Source: Octopus bimaculoides (lineage: Eukaryota). Taken from it: a DNA stretch of 64,000 bases. Shown here piece by piece: positions 39,213-52,196 of this stretch; the stretch's first letter is position 1, and every line of letters begins with the position of its first letter. The DNA lies in the NCBI RefSeq assembly GCF_001194135.2, contig NC_068985.1, forward strand, positions 2,486,497 through 2,550,496, given 5' to 3'. Both the position numbers and the translations under genes were made by a program. The notes under the pieces are model-generated. The model ran no database searches. It saw only the letters and a program-made list of their open reading frames with translations, and was not told the origin of the DNA.

Positions 39213-39415
39213 GTGGAGGTGTGTAGCTTTGGTAGTGAGAATTTTGGTTTCATGTCTACAAGATTTTGTGGTTTCAGTTGCTGGACTGGTTGGTGCATTG
39301 TGGCCTTGAGCAAAGCACTCTATTTCACATTGCTCCAGTCTGCTCAGCTATTAAAAATGAGTAATCCTCTGATGAACTGGAGTCCCATCCAGGGAGGAGA
39401 ATATAAGCATACACA
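39213..39415 (+). mobile_element. Old tRNA-derived SINE with V-domain-like centre
   Basis: GGCCTTGAGCAAAGCACT…GATGAACTGGAGTCCCATCCAGGG resembles the V-SINE motif GCGATGGACTGGC.TCCC.TCCAGGG. Confidence 0.5.
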
Positions 39416-40177
39416 TGCGTAGGGTTGCAAGGAATGAAGCTAGTATGCTCAGCTGGATGTGTAATGTCAGTGTGCACACACGACAGAGTGTAAGCACCCT
39501 GAGAGAAATGTTGGACATAAGAAGCATCGGATGTGGTGTGCAAGAGAGATGACTGCACTGTTATGGTCATGTGTTGTGTATGAATGAGGAGAGCTGTGTG
39601 AAAAAGTGTCACACCCTAGCAGTAGAGGGAACCTATGGAAGAGGTAGACCCAGGAAGACCTGGGATGAGGTGGTGAAGCACGACCTTCAAACATTGGGCC
39701 TCTCGGAGAAGACAAATGGCTGAGACCTTTGGAGATATGCTGTGCTTGAGAAGACCTGGCAAGCCAAGTGAGACCGTAACCGTGGCCTATGCCAGTGCAG
39801 CATAACCAGCCCATTTAAGAGTACCCTTCGATCATTGGGCAATAAACTGCGCTTGTGAAGACCTGTTGAGGCAAGTGAAGTCATTGTCATGGTCAATGAC
39901 AGTACCAGCTGATTGGCACCCATGCCAGTGGCACGTAGAAAGCACCAGTCGAGCATGATCATTACCAGTGCTGCCTGACTGGCTCCCGTACCGGTGTCAC
40001 ATACAAAGCACCCACTAGACTCTTGGAGTGGTTGGCATTAGGACAGGCATCCAGCTGTAGAAACCTTGGCAGATCAGATTGGAGCCTGGTGCAGCCTCCT
40101 GGTTTGCTAGTCCTCAATCAAACCATCCAACCATGCCAGCATGGAAAACGGACATTAAACGATGATGATGATGATGT
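39410..40177 (+). mobile_element. RTE LINE 3' end
   Basis: …YGRGRPRKTWDEVVKHDLQTLG…, 3' UTR units and (GAT)n tail. Confidence 0.9.
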
Positions 40178-41562
40178 GTATCGCTAGCAGATCGTACATC
40201 TGAAAAAGAAGCACACAGACATTAGAGTCTGATGAGTCATCTGTAAGGCTAAGTGCTTCATGGATGTGAAATCATTGGTCACTCTCTGACTTCCTATAAA
40301 TATATATGGGTCAGACAAGCCGGTCGTATGTTCCATACAGAGTAATGTAGACTGACCAATGTGAAAACTTACAAGACCATAACAGTTGTAATATGAGGAC
40401 TTTGAACCAATACCAATGGTGATATCAGAACTTAAGACTAGGTAAACAGTTATTTTCATTTCCCACTGGAATATTGATTTCTGACATAATAAGCACAGAG
40501 CCTTAAATTTAGGGGACGGTTATTGTAGAGATATTGCAAGTGTGAGGTGTGAATTGTTTCGAAATACCGTAAGTATGGATGAATATTTTGAAAGATGTAT
40601 TTATTTATGTATGTATATCGACAGGGGATAAGGGNNNNNNNNNNNNNNNNNNNNNNNNNNNNNNNNNNNNNNNNNNNNNNNNNNNNNNNNNNNNNNNNNN
40701 NNNNNNNNNNNNNNNNNNNNNNNNNNNNNNNNNNNNNNNNNNNNNNNNNNNNNNNNNNNNNNNNNNNNNNNNNNNNNNNNNNNNNNNNNNNNNNNNNNNN
40801 NNNNNNNGCTTGTTTCTCCCTTTAATCTAATAATCAGATGTGGAGTAACATTTGCATTTAATTTTCTGTCCACTTCCAGACTTCTTTAACAAACTCATTA
40901 TTATTATTACTATTTTGTTTTTCTCTGTTTTCGATGTTTTCCTAAAAATATCAGTATACACAGATATATAAAACAGTTACAAATATACACAGCCATTGTC
41001 AAGACAACCAAAAATAAGATGATTTTGAATGCAGAGAATTCAATAATCATTCTGTTCAAATGAAAAAAAAAAAAAAAAAAAAAGGTACATTTGTTGTGTT
41101 TGCTGTTGTTGATTAACTTCAGTCAGATCTGTTCAAGCAGACCCACAACATGAGGAGGAGGGGCAGGAGGAGTTGAGGAAATTCTTGGAAGTAAATTAGT
41201 TTCGAAATGCAGAAAGTATTTCATATTTCAGTTTGTCTGAGGCCACATTCTATGGTATAGCAGACATAGTTAACTTACAGTATTTGGGCCACGGAAAACT
41301 TCTTTATAGTACCAAAGATGTGGAAGAGCATCTCTCTCTCTCTTCACTGGATGAATGAAGGAAAGCACTGCAAATTAATTTAACATTCATGAACTTTTCC
41401 ATTGTTGCTCTTGTTGTTCTTTGCAGATGTTTAGCCCTCGGTCAGATTCATTCCAGCTCCACCTTGTAGTGGTTTGATCTGATTCATATCTCATAAGGCC
41501 CTCTGTGAGAGAAAAAAGAATGGGTTGCTTCTGTCTGGTAGTTTTTCTGTCTAATGTGACAG

Positions 41563-41618
41563 TCAGCGCATCTGCTGTTGTCTGGTTTGTTTGGCGTTGA
41601 GAAGTTTATGTACGGAAT
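41563..41618 (-). CDS. Candidate terminal exon (phase 1: SVHKLLNAKQTRQQQMR*)
   Basis: Strong acceptor ttgctgttttgtatgtcttcattgcag|; CpG retention in unique sequence. Confidence 0.3.
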
Positions 41619-42689
41619 CTGCAATGAAGACATACAAAACAGCAACGGTTTGTGAGGGGAGAAAATTTGAGCTTGAAGGGTTTGTAATAAGAAGCTGATA
41701 CTTAAGCACAGATTTCTTGTGCATTGAAAAAGATATTATTTATAATAATTAAACAGAAACAGAGTTATTATTATTTCTTTCTTTATTTTCTTGTGAATAT
41801 CAAAATAATGCTTATTTACTCTAGTTGTATGAAAATAACAAAAGATGAGAATTTGTTACCCTCAAAACACACACACACACTTTATGTGTGTGTGTGTTTC
41901 ATCAGAACTCTTCAATAATTTCTGCCAAAAGATTTAAGATCAGGTTAGCAAGATTTCGTTTTTTGCCCCTTATTGTGTGAAACTGTTCCTGGATCACATA
42001 ACAATGAAAGAGACTACAAAAGGTTCTTTAAGAATCAAAAAGATGGCTTTGGTGGGTAAAAAGCAGACCTTGGTGGGTCTCTAACCAAACTTTTCTGGTG
42101 TTTGATTACATTTCTTTGTTTATTGAGTTCTACTGCTGCCCACATCTGCTATAACTTACATCATCCCTTGATTGGTGAAAGAAGTATAATTAATTATAAT
42201 TAGTACAGTTAATTAATTAGTGATTGAATAAACTCTTCAAGACTAAAACCAGTAAAAACAATAAATAAATGTAATTATTTGGAAGAGAGCAAATTGTTGT
42301 CATTTAATATCTGAGGGGGTCCTTGAATTTGGGATTTCTGTTTGGGTTGTGCAGTTGGATATCTTCTCACCTGTTTTTCATTTTGTCTCTTGCCAAAGCA
42401 ATTTTCGACAGTTAAATCTTCTGGGACACTACCTTTTGAGAGGTCAGTCAACTAGTTGGACCTCAGTCCATTTTTCACTCTGTTACTTCTTTTATTAATA
42501 TCTCTTTACCAAAACCTCTAAGAAGATCATTTTTGCTACCTGGGTGATCTAATTAGCAGCAGAGAAGGTCGTACAGAAAGTGTAGTTGCTGGATAGAGAA
42601 AGTTCAGAGAGTTATTACCTCTGTTGGCAATGAGAGCTCTCTCTCTCTTCCTGAGTGAAAGGCAGACCATGTGATGCCTGTGTATGAAC

Positions 42690-43050
42690 AACATTGCTAC
42701 ATGGTAGTGAGATGTAGGCCTTGAATGCAGAGAACATGCATAGATTAGAGAGGAAGGAAGCTTGTATGCTCTGTTGGATGTGCAATGTTTGTATGCAGGT
42801 ACAACAAAGTGCAAAGGTATTAAAAGTTGCACTTAAGAGGAATCAGGTGTTGTGTGCAAGAGAGAAGATGGCACTGGTTTGGTTAGTTAATGCTTTTGGA
42901 TGAAGACGGTTGAATAAAGAAGTGCCAGTTGCTTTAAGTAGATGAAACTTGTGGAAGAGGGAAACCCAGGAAGACATGGGACAATTTCAAGATGCTAAGC
43001 TCTTGGAGGAGATAAAAATGGACTGATATGATTGGCATTTTGTTTGAGAA
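42690..43050 (+). mobile_element. Old RTE ORF C-terminal fragment
   Basis: NAENMHRLERKEACMLCWMCNV…CGRGKPRKTWD. Confidence 0.75.
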
Positions 43051-43599
43051 GATCCACTTATTACAGCAAAAATGGTATTCAAAAACCATTCAGTTATGCT
43101 TCTATGTGCGTGGCCTTGTTTCAGCTTCCTCTTTACCTGACACATCAAGGGTTCACTCCAATTCTCATCCCTTAATACCTATCATTCTCCCCCCATTTAT
43201 GGTTCTACTTAACTACTGTAATCACCTGAGAGCAGAATCAGCATGGGACATTCCCATGTCCCAACTCTCATCCTCTCTCTCATGACTCCTTGCTTGTATC
43301 TTCTCTTTTGCTCATCCTCTTGTATCTTGTGAGTTTGTAGCAGCATCCCCATCACTACTTTCCTTTGAATCTCCTTCAGCCATGTATTTTCTCTATAGCA
43401 AGATACCTGTGCTTTCTTCTCTATCTTACTTTAGCTTTTCAGCACCTAACATAAAGCCACCCACCTCCACCTTACCCCCTCAAATATTCCACTCTTAGTA
43501 GTTGGAAGCCTTTTCTTTTTCCCTTCTTCTTTTTCTCCTATTTTTTGAACCTACCTTCAGCTTTGGTAACTCCCTCTATGTGGGATGAATATCATTGAA

Positions 43600-44745
43600 A
43601 TGCCAGGCACTAAAATGGCCCTTATTCCTTTCAGACATTGCCTGGACAGTGGTGGCCTTCAGTGTATTGGGAGGATGTCAATTGGTCTCCCTTTTAACAA
43701 TGCTCCAAACTTTGTAGCCAATGGGATTTAAATCTGGAGAGTTTAGAGGCCATAGGTTTGGTGCTTTATGATTATAACAATTATCTGATATCCTGTCTTG
43801 GGTTACATGAGTTTTCTGAAAAGGAGCCAAGCCTTGTTGAAATATATATGGCCATCCACTGCATACTTCATCCAGATGGGGCTTAACAACTGTCTCCAGC
43901 ACCTCCACGTATCCAGCAGCATTAATTCTGAGACCCTCAGGAAAGATGTGAGGTGTTATGCTGTGACTTTCATTACTCACCGTCCTAAGACCAATAAACT
44001 TGCTGGAAGTTTATTGTGCACCACTCTGGGGACACCAGAAGGATCTGCACATAACCATCTGTCATTTCTCCTGTTAGAATTTTGGTTTAGGTCAAAGAGT
44101 TTTTCTCATCAGAGAAGAACCAAAGCTTACCATGTTTATGAGGGTTTTTAACCTTGTTATACCTTTCATTACCAACCTGGTTGAAACCACTTCCGGCTTT
44201 GAGGACAAACGTTTTGTTTTCATAAGTTTTGAATTAAAATTTTCCACCAAACCTTAATCACAATTTATGTTTCTAACACTAGCTTAATGATAACAAAGAG
44301 TTATTTTACTAAATTCTTTGTTATATTTAAAATTAATTGAAAGAAACACAGAGCATCTTAACAGAAATACAGTAACGAAAGGATTAAGTAACTGTTTGGA
44401 ATGGCCCAGACAGTTCTCTTTGCTGACATGAACTGGACTCTCCTCAGCACACATGACTCGTATTGAATGTCCACTTTGACACCTAAAGTTCATTGGCAAT
44501 AACCTTCTTTGATTTTCTGGAATCATCATCAATAATGTTTTAAATAAATTGGATGAAATGCCGTTTTCTTACTGTGTCAAAACATGTAGAATGTTCTTTT
44601 TTTTTTCTCTCTCTGATACGGTTGAAACATTCACACCAGAGGCTTCCAATTCCATCCAAATTTTATATACTAAAGCTCTATATTCATTGTGTTCTACACA
44701 AATAGCAACAATGACCACGTGTCTGTTCGCTTCTTGTGCTAGCAT
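43600..44745 (-). mobile_element. Near-full-length DD37D/maT-like transposase remnant, interrupted by a MITE
   Basis: MLAQEANRHVVIVAI…VYKIWMELEASG; LLN|KVKNPHKHGKLWFFSDEKN; PHIFPEGLRINAAGYVEVLETVVKP…FQQG-x37-G (SPDLNPIG). Confidence 0.9.
44157..44387. mobile_element. piggyBac-type MITE nested in maT transposase
   Basis: TIRs CCTTTCATTAC / GTAACGAAAGG; TSD TTAT/TTAA. Removing it restores …LLNKVKNP… in frame. Confidence 0.82.
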
Positions 44746-45582
44746 TTGATCAACCAAGGAGGAATCTGAATGAATGAAAACCTTTAAGATTAGTTTGACA
44801 AGAGGAATATAGCGATAATCAAATGCCCTCAAATATGTAAGGGACACATCATCATCATCATCATTGTTTAAGGTCCACTTTGCATGCTGGCATGGGTTGG
44901 ATGGTTTCACTGAGGACTGGCAAGTCAGGAGGCTGCGTCAGGCTCCAATGAAAGCTAATCTAAAAAAGGAAAAGCTGGAACATAATCATGTTTTCAATAC
45001 ACCATGTCTTAAAGGAAAACTCTTCCTCATCCATGTGTGTGTCTCTCTCTCTCTCTCATAACAGTCAGAAGCAACAACATTGCAATTGACAAACATTTAA
45101 CTTGAAGTTTTGAGGTCAATTTCTTGTCAGAGATTAAAGATTACAACTCTTAATGAAACCAAAGCTAATGCTGAGTACCAGCAGCCTTACAGACTCCTGT
45201 TATCTGGGAATAATTTGCTTTAGGTTAATACTTCATTAAGGTGTGCGTGCGTGCGTGTGCTCATGCTGCTGTATGTGTGTTTTATGAAAGGGGAAGCATT
45301 ATTTCAGATTGTTTTGGCTGTTGAGACAATGGTTCATAAGAGGAACTAATCAAATAATTTCATAGCAAGATGATTTCCTTAAATATTACAGCAGTGAGTT
45401 AGTGTTTTGATTATTAATATTTACTGTGTAAAGAGTAAAGAGACTTAATAATGTGATAAATATTATAGAAACGATATTAACTCGTGACATACATTGCATC
45501 CAATAATGTCACTTCACTGACAAGACATAAAACTGAAGTCTTTAGCCAAAAACATAGACCATAAAAGTGCATATATACATAC

Positions 45583-45622
<40 letters not shown>

Positions 45623-46180
45623 AATTATTGGTTGAATTTATGTTAGTTGTTGCAAAGTAGTAAATAAGGAATTTTTGAATAATTTATGAATGTAATAGGT
45701 CTGACAAGACGGCTGACATTTTGTTTTTCACTTGTAATGTCTTATTCTTCATATTCAGGCTAAAAAATCTGTTTTTCTTTTCCCTCCTGTTTTTTTATTT
45801 TTTTATTTTTCATTTGTGTGTCTGTGTTTTGTGTTTTACTTGCAAACAAGAAACACTATGATTGTAGGGAAATTCAGACAACCAACATAACAGGACTGTG
45901 GGTAGAAACAAACTGCTACACTCTCAGTCGTTGGTGAATATGACATTATTAAGAATCAACAATTATAAAATACTCTTAATTCATTAGTTTCTTTTAATTA
46001 GGATAATCACTTTGACATAAAATGTTCGAGTGTTTCCTCTAACCATAGTTGCTGCCATCTCTCAACAGGGAGGGCAGTCATTCAATGATGATGATTCATT
46101 GTGTATACACGAGATTCATTTTTTATTAATTTCTCCAATAAGAAGAGAGGAAAGGATCGGCCCAAAGATGCTGGCACTCC

Positions 46181-46236
46181 TCACTCTCCTGACTGGTGCG
46201 ATTGATGTAGATGATGTGACACTTGCAGATCTATGT
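46181..46236 (-). CDS. Candidate terminal exon (phase 1: IDLQVSHHLHQSHQSGE*; phase 2: HRSASVTSSTSIAPVRRVRSASIFGPILSSLLIGEINKK*, stop 46116)
   Basis: Strong acceptor ttcctgcttgcatcttttctacag|; CpG retention. Confidence 0.3.
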
Positions 46237-46717
46237 CTGTAGAAAAGATGCAAGCAGGAAATGAACTAGAATTTTGGTCTGAATAATTGCAACAAAGTGA
46301 ATTCCACTAAAAAAATCCCCAGCAACTAAGAGTTATTGTTAAAACAGTGTATAATGCCTTCCATATAACGTGTGTGTGTTTATTTGAGAAAGCAATATGT
46401 CTTTCCACTCAGCTTCTCACAGATTTCCATAATTTTCTTCTCTGTTAAGTTCATATATGTCATATAAGAATATGAAAAGAGAAAAAAACAAAACCCCTCA
46501 AAAACAAAACATTTCTCCAGGAGATATCAATATTGTTGTTGTTGTTTTCCTCTTGTTGTTTGTGTCTATTTTGTCTTTTCTACGTTTTCCTGATGACATG
46601 GCTGATATAATCATTTCTCCAAATTCTTTCAGACATAAGATCAGAATTAGTATTCAGTAATGAAACTAGTTCTGATTCGGTAAATGTAATTATACTCTTA
46701 TGTAATCACCGTTGTGT

Positions 46718-46770
46718 TCAAGGAATGGTGCTGGGTGGTGGTGGGAGCGGATACATAACATTGTCTGCCA
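46718..46770 (-). CDS. Candidate terminal exon (phase 1: ADNVMYPLPPPPSTIP*)
   Basis: Acceptor taattgttttgacag|; GC-richer island in AT-rich unique DNA. Confidence 0.3.
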
Positions 46771-46982
46771 CTGTCAAAACAATTATTACAGGACTTAAAC
46801 TAAATAAGAAGTAATTCTAATTAGAGAACAATGGATTATCATATAATCCATACAGATCCACATCTATAGATAGATCCATATAGATCTATAGATATGAAGA
46901 TCCATCTTTGTGTTGTAACAACTTCAGGCATTGGCAGATAACGGGAAAGCATGATCAGGGATGTTGTTTGGTTGAGTCACAC

Positions 46983-47242
46983 CATTAGTTCTCAACTGGG
47001 CTCCACATGGCCCTTCGGGGTTCCACTTCAGATTTCTTTTTATTAAAATGTGTTCATTAAATTGCTTATATTTCTTCAATACATCAAATATCTTAGAATT
47101 TTTTTTATGCAATTCCTAAAAATGTTTAATTCTAAAATTATAAGTTGGAATTTTTTAAACATTGAATGGCTGTTAGGGTCCATCGAGTAAAAGAGGAATT
47201 AAAGAGGGTCCATAGGTAAAAAAAAACGGTTGAGAACCGCTC
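46983..47242. mobile_element. hAT (Charlie/MER5-like) MITE
   Basis: TIRs CATTAGTTCTCAAC / GTTGAGAACCGCTC, matching the CAGTGGTTCTCAAC type; TSD not clean. Confidence 0.65.
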
Positions 47243-47839
47243 AGCTCCATGCATCTGTTACCTTATTGTTGAATATGACTAAACTATGGGACAGAATGGA
47301 GACTGAAGTGAAGTCAGGAAACATTGAAATTACAAATATTGCATCATCCATGTATGATACCTTTTTTAATGGTTGCTTAGTTAGATTCCATTATATCTTA
47401 GAGCTGTCCATTTTTAGTAATTTGAAAATTTACCAAAATACACATCAACATAAACCACCTTCGTCATCATAGCTTTACCATTCACTATGTCTCCAGTACA
47501 GCATATTATTGCATTTCTTGATCTTGTGCCATCTCATCCTGTTATGGATTTAAGCCCTTCCCAAGTCTTCTTTTACCAAGGTTACCAAAGGTGTCATCCA
47601 TTAGCATCACAAGTCCATACTGGAGCAGTTGATGTCCTTTCTGAATCTTTCAGCTGAATATTTTAAATCGCAGCTCACCTCTTCCCTTTATCATACAAGT
47701 TCCCTTTATCACCCAATAAACATAGAATATGATAAACCTTCGCAAATCTTTTCCCATTTAATACGGTATGACTTTAGCAATTTAAACTTCTTAAACAAGA
47801 CAAAGAAGCTTTGTTACCAATGTAAGGAAGAAATCTCTG

Positions 47840-48039
47840 ATACAGTTCTATATTTAAGAGGTGAGGAATTATTTACATTATTTACATTTGATGGATATTT
47901 GTCCTCATGTTGTTTCAGCTGGTATACCCTCCAGCCTTCATCAGGTATTTTGGGGAAATTTCAAACCTGGGTTCTCATTCCTAATAATAATAATAATAAC
48001 ATCGAAAAAAACCTTAGGAATGAGAACCCAGGTTTGAAA
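47840..48039 (-). mobile_element. HH-A copy with internal inversion (25-bp perfect inverted repeat)
   Basis: Minus-strand 3' part to 47983, then plus-strand (AAT)n segment to 48039; core CTGATGA present, GAAAC-GTT region partly deleted. Confidence 0.8.
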
Positions 48040-48175
48040 GTCATGCTTCACCACCTCCTCCCAGGTCTTCCTGGGTCTACCTCTCCCACAGGTTCCCACT
48101 ACTGCTAGGGTGTGACACTTTTTCGCACAGCTGTCCTCATCCATACACAACACATGACCATACCCATGCAATGCA
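48036..48175 (-). mobile_element. RTE ORF C-terminal fragment
   Basis: YGHVLCMDEDSCAKKCHTLAVVGTCGRGRPRKTWEEVVKHDF. Confidence 0.88.
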
Positions 48176-48259
48176 TACATATGTACATCCATACATACAT
48201 ATGGACATCCATACATACAGCTCTGGCCAATAAGAAACCATAATTGTTTAAGAAATAGT

Positions 48260-49640
48260 TTTTTTTTTTTTCTCCTTTACTAAGGATTGAATCAAACTTG
48301 TCTCCTTCAAGATAATTCTTTTGACTGTTGAGTCATGTTCTTCAGTTTAACAATACCACCTGATATGTTTCCAGGGTTGGTACACTAACCCCATTGATTT
48401 TGTTCGGTCTCTTTTATTGTACAAAGACGTAGCTCTTGCATGGGTTTAAATCCCCAGAGCAGGGAGTGAGTGATGGATGAATGTCACCACATGATTTGTC
48501 AAAAATCTCACAAAAAACTTGTGAGCAGCTTCATTGTCGTTCTGTAACATTCGGTACATTCCTTGGTCCTATTTCCTTTGTACTTTTACTCTCGGACACT
48601 TCAGGACATTCAAGTGAATATTCTATTGAACATAGACAGAGGTAAAAGGTCTGCTTCCCAACCACATGGTTCTGGGTTCAGTCCCACTACATGGCAGCTG
48701 GGAGGTCTTCTGCTATAGCCTTGGGCCAACCAAAGCCTTGTGAGTGGATTTGGCAGATAGAAACTAAAAGAAGCCCATCATGTATGCATGTGTGTGTGTG
48801 TTTATCTCTGTGTTTGTTCCCCTACCACTGCTTGACAACCGGTGTTGGTGTGTTTGCATCCATGTAACTTAGCAGTTCAGCAAATAAGACCGATAAAATA
48901 AATATTGGGCTTTAAAAAACAAAAAATAAGTACTGGGTTTGATTCATTTGAATAAAATGCTTCAAGGTGATGCCCCAGCATGGTCGTAGCCTAATGACTG
49001 AAACAAGTAAAAAATAAAAGGAAAGATGAACAATTTCCTAAAAGTCAGAAACAAGAATATCAACTCCACCTTCACATCTAAGTGGCAAATTCGTTTTGCT
49101 CCCAACAATGACCATCCAATTGAATGTGATGCCTGCCTTTTCGTTTCACCATCATGTTCACCTTGTTTTGTCGTCTGTTATGACATTTTTTAGAAAGTTT
49201 ATTTTCCTGATGAAACCCTTCCTCAATGACCATCACTCAGTTCTCTTTTTAGTCATCACTCAACAGACAGAACACAAATTATTTGACAAAATGATGCATC
49301 GTCAATTTTTCTTTTAAAATCATGGCACACAACTGTTACAGATGTCTCCTTCTTACAAAACTTTTCTGGGGACGATTTTTATGGATCCCAGGATGTTCTT
49401 TACAATGTGATCCTTGCTTGTAGCCATGGAAGTCTTATTGGTAGAAATTCTCAAATTGAAAAACTAGAACTTATGACATTGCAAATGGCTCGGACAGTCC
49501 TTCTTACAGACCTGTTGCAACATCAGAATATTTTCCATACAAGTTTTTCCCAATTTGAAGAAGATTTTCACCCAAACATGCTTCCAAATTCTTCAGTGTT
49601 CAGCTTCAAAAAATTATCAAGTGCACTAAACGGATAAGTA
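48260..49640 (-). mobile_element. Decayed mariner transposon interrupted by SINE family A (~48650-49020, +)
   Basis: NFLKNVITDDKTR (VITGDETW) and SGDLNPC (SPDLAPCD) segments; family A SINE between them. Confidence 0.65.
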
Positions 49641-49913
49641 GACCTAAAACACATAGATCAATGACTAAGAACAATCAGTTTGTCAACGACTAAACAGATC
49701 AATGACTATTATTAGACTGATCACCATTGGTTTTTATTGCATGAAACGATAAATTATTTCTATTAAATGATGCAATGAAAACACTGTTTGCGAGAATTAT
49801 CAGTTGTGTAATTTTCTGTTTGAATCTTTGTTTCTAGTTTTGATAAGACATCAATATATATATATATATATATATATTTTTATATATACACATATATATA
49901 TCTATATACATGT

Positions 49914-50195
49914 GGAGGCGCAATGGCCCAGTGGTTAGGGCAGTGGTCTTGCAGTCGGAGGATCGTGGTTTCAATTCCCAGACCGGGCGTTGTGTGTGTT
50001 TATTGAGCGAAAACACCTAAAGCTGTACGGGGCTCTGGCAGGGGGTGTTGGTGACCCCTGTTGTACTCTTTCACCCCAACTTTCTTCCTGTTTCTTGACT
50101 AATGCTGCGATGGACTGGCATCCCGTCCAGCTGGGGGGAACACATATGCCATAGAAACCAGGAAATCGGGCCCGTGAGCCTGGCTAGGCTTTAAA
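49914..50195 (+). mobile_element. tRNA-derived SINE, family C (V-domain-like), CpG-rich
   Basis: Box A TGGCCCAGTGG, box B-like GGTTTCAATTCCC, GCGATGGACTGGCATCCCGTCCAG; followed by (AT)n. Confidence 0.75.
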
Positions 50196-50210
50196 GGGGG
50201 GATAAATAAA

Positions 50211-50277
<67 letters not shown>

Positions 50278-50619
50278 GAAGGTTAGAACCCTTAATCCAA
50301 TAACACTGTGTATAAACTCTGTATTTGGAATGACCAATTTCTAAGACTGTTGGATTTTACTCATAGGGTATTGGAATCTTAATAATGGATTTACAAATGC
50401 AATGACCAATCTTAAAGACTATTGGATTTTACTCACAAGGTATTGGAATCTTATATGTATACCATTCTGCCTAAACAATGGATTTACAAAAAGTAAATCC
50501 TTATATTCACACACTGATATATGACCTACGTTGGACTCCTTATTCACATAACCACTGAACCTGGAGCTTAATTATGGTCTATCCATAGCACTTACTCAGC
50601 ATTACCTGAAACCACCTAG

Positions 50620-51565
50620 AAGGCGACGCTGGTAACGATTACGCTCAAATGGTGCTTTTTATGGGCCACTGGCACGGAGCCAGACAGCTGCTCTGGCAAT
50701 GATCACGCTCAGACAGTGCTGTTAGTGCTCCACTGGCACAGGTGCCAGTCATCGAATATGGTTCAATTTCAATTTCGATTTCACCTGCCCCAACAGGTCT
50801 TCGCAAGCAGAGTTTAGTATCCAATGAAGGAGAGGTTGGCATGGGTGCCAGTCGTCGGATTTGTTTCGATTTCAGATTTCAAAATTTATACATCATCATC
50901 ATCATCATCATCGTTTAACGTCCGCTTTCCATGCTAGCATGGGTTGGACGATTTGACTGAGGACTGGTGAAACCGGATGGCTACACCAGGCTCCAATCTG
51001 ATTTGGCAGAGTTTCTACAGCTGGATGCCCTTCCTAACACCAACCACTCTGAGAGTGTAGTAGGTGCTTTTACGTGCCACCCGCACGAAGGCCAGTCAAG
51101 CTGTACTAGCAACGGCCACGCTCAAATGGTGTATTTTACGTGCCACCCGCACAAGAGCCAGTCCAGGGCCACTGGCAATGATCTCGCTCGAAAGGCCATT
51201 ACACATGCCACGGGCACAAGTGCCAGAAAGGCGACGCTGGGCACAGGTGCCATCCCGATTTTGCTTTCGCTTGCCCCAATAAGTCTTCGCAAGCTGAGTT
51301 TTGTGTCCAATGAAGGAGACGACGTCGAATTTAGTTCGGTTTCGATTTCACTTGCCTCAACAGGTCTTCGCAAGCGGAGTTTAGTGTCCAAAGAAGGAAA
51401 GGTACGCATAAGTGGGCTGGCTACATCCCTGGCAGAGGCCTTGGATTTAGGTCTCACTTGGCTTGCCGGGTCTTCTCACGCACAGCATATTTCCAAAGGT
51501 CTCGGTCAGAAGTCATTGCCTCGGTGAGGCCAATGTTCGAAGGTCTTGCCTCACTACCTCAGCCC
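50620..51565 (-). mobile_element. Two adjacent RTE 3' fragments (50620-50870; younger 50890-51565)
   Basis: (CAT)n CGTTTAACGTCCG…; second unit type GATTTCACTTGCCTCAACAGGTCTTCGCAAG duplicated; CpGs retained. Confidence 0.9.
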
Positions 51566-51654
51566 AGGTACACACATATATATATATATGTATACTTATA
51601 TATATATATATATATATATATAAATCGATTTTTGCCTAATTTTTGGTATAAAAG

Positions 51655-51718
<64 letters not shown>

Positions 51719-52014
51719 TATATATATATATACATCATCATCATCATCGTTTAACATCCGCTTTCCATGCTAGCATGGGTTGGACTATTTGACATATATA
51801 TATATATATATCAAATTGTATGGTATGGCAAAATGCTATTTTGGCAGTAACTTCTCTAAAAGATTGGTTTCTTATATTGCAGCATTTTTTCTGTGATGTC
51901 TAGATCTCAGGTCTGCTGGATTTAAGAGTTCCAACCCCTCTGCTACAATATCTTCCGATCCCTGAATACTCCTCTCTCCCAGACGTTGCATTAAGGGATT
52001 TACAAAACATTCTT

Positions 52015-52196
52015 TCACAATTCTGTCATTTTCTGGAATTCCCTCACGGCTCCTGTTTTGTTTCTCTGTTGATCGTCAGACACCCAAGCTGAATAGTAAG
52101 TAACTGCATCCTCCTCACTCGCCCAGGAAAGGTTACAAAAGGGGTGAGTCCATTCTCTCGGTTCCGGTCTAAATAATTCGAAAGAAGCCAAGTTGT
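52015..52196 (-). CDS. Candidate terminal exon (phase 1: NLASFELFRPEPREWTHPFCNLSWASEEDAVTYYSAWVSDDQQRNKTGAVREFQKMTEL*)
   Basis: Strong acceptor gtggtttcctactttgtag|, 60-codon open frame, many CpGs, class I PDZ-like end (T-E-L). Confidence 0.4.

Noticed and set aside
40232-40260. CTGATGAG possible hammerhead start
   Set aside because: No GAAA after a stem II. The same applies to the CTGATGA at ~1121 and inside the 57425 hairpin.
40300-40360. GLSDPY (C2-domain-like) and, in another frame, VYITLYG (PLAT-like) on the minus strand
   Set aside because: Short matches only; flanking residues and splice context do not support either domain.
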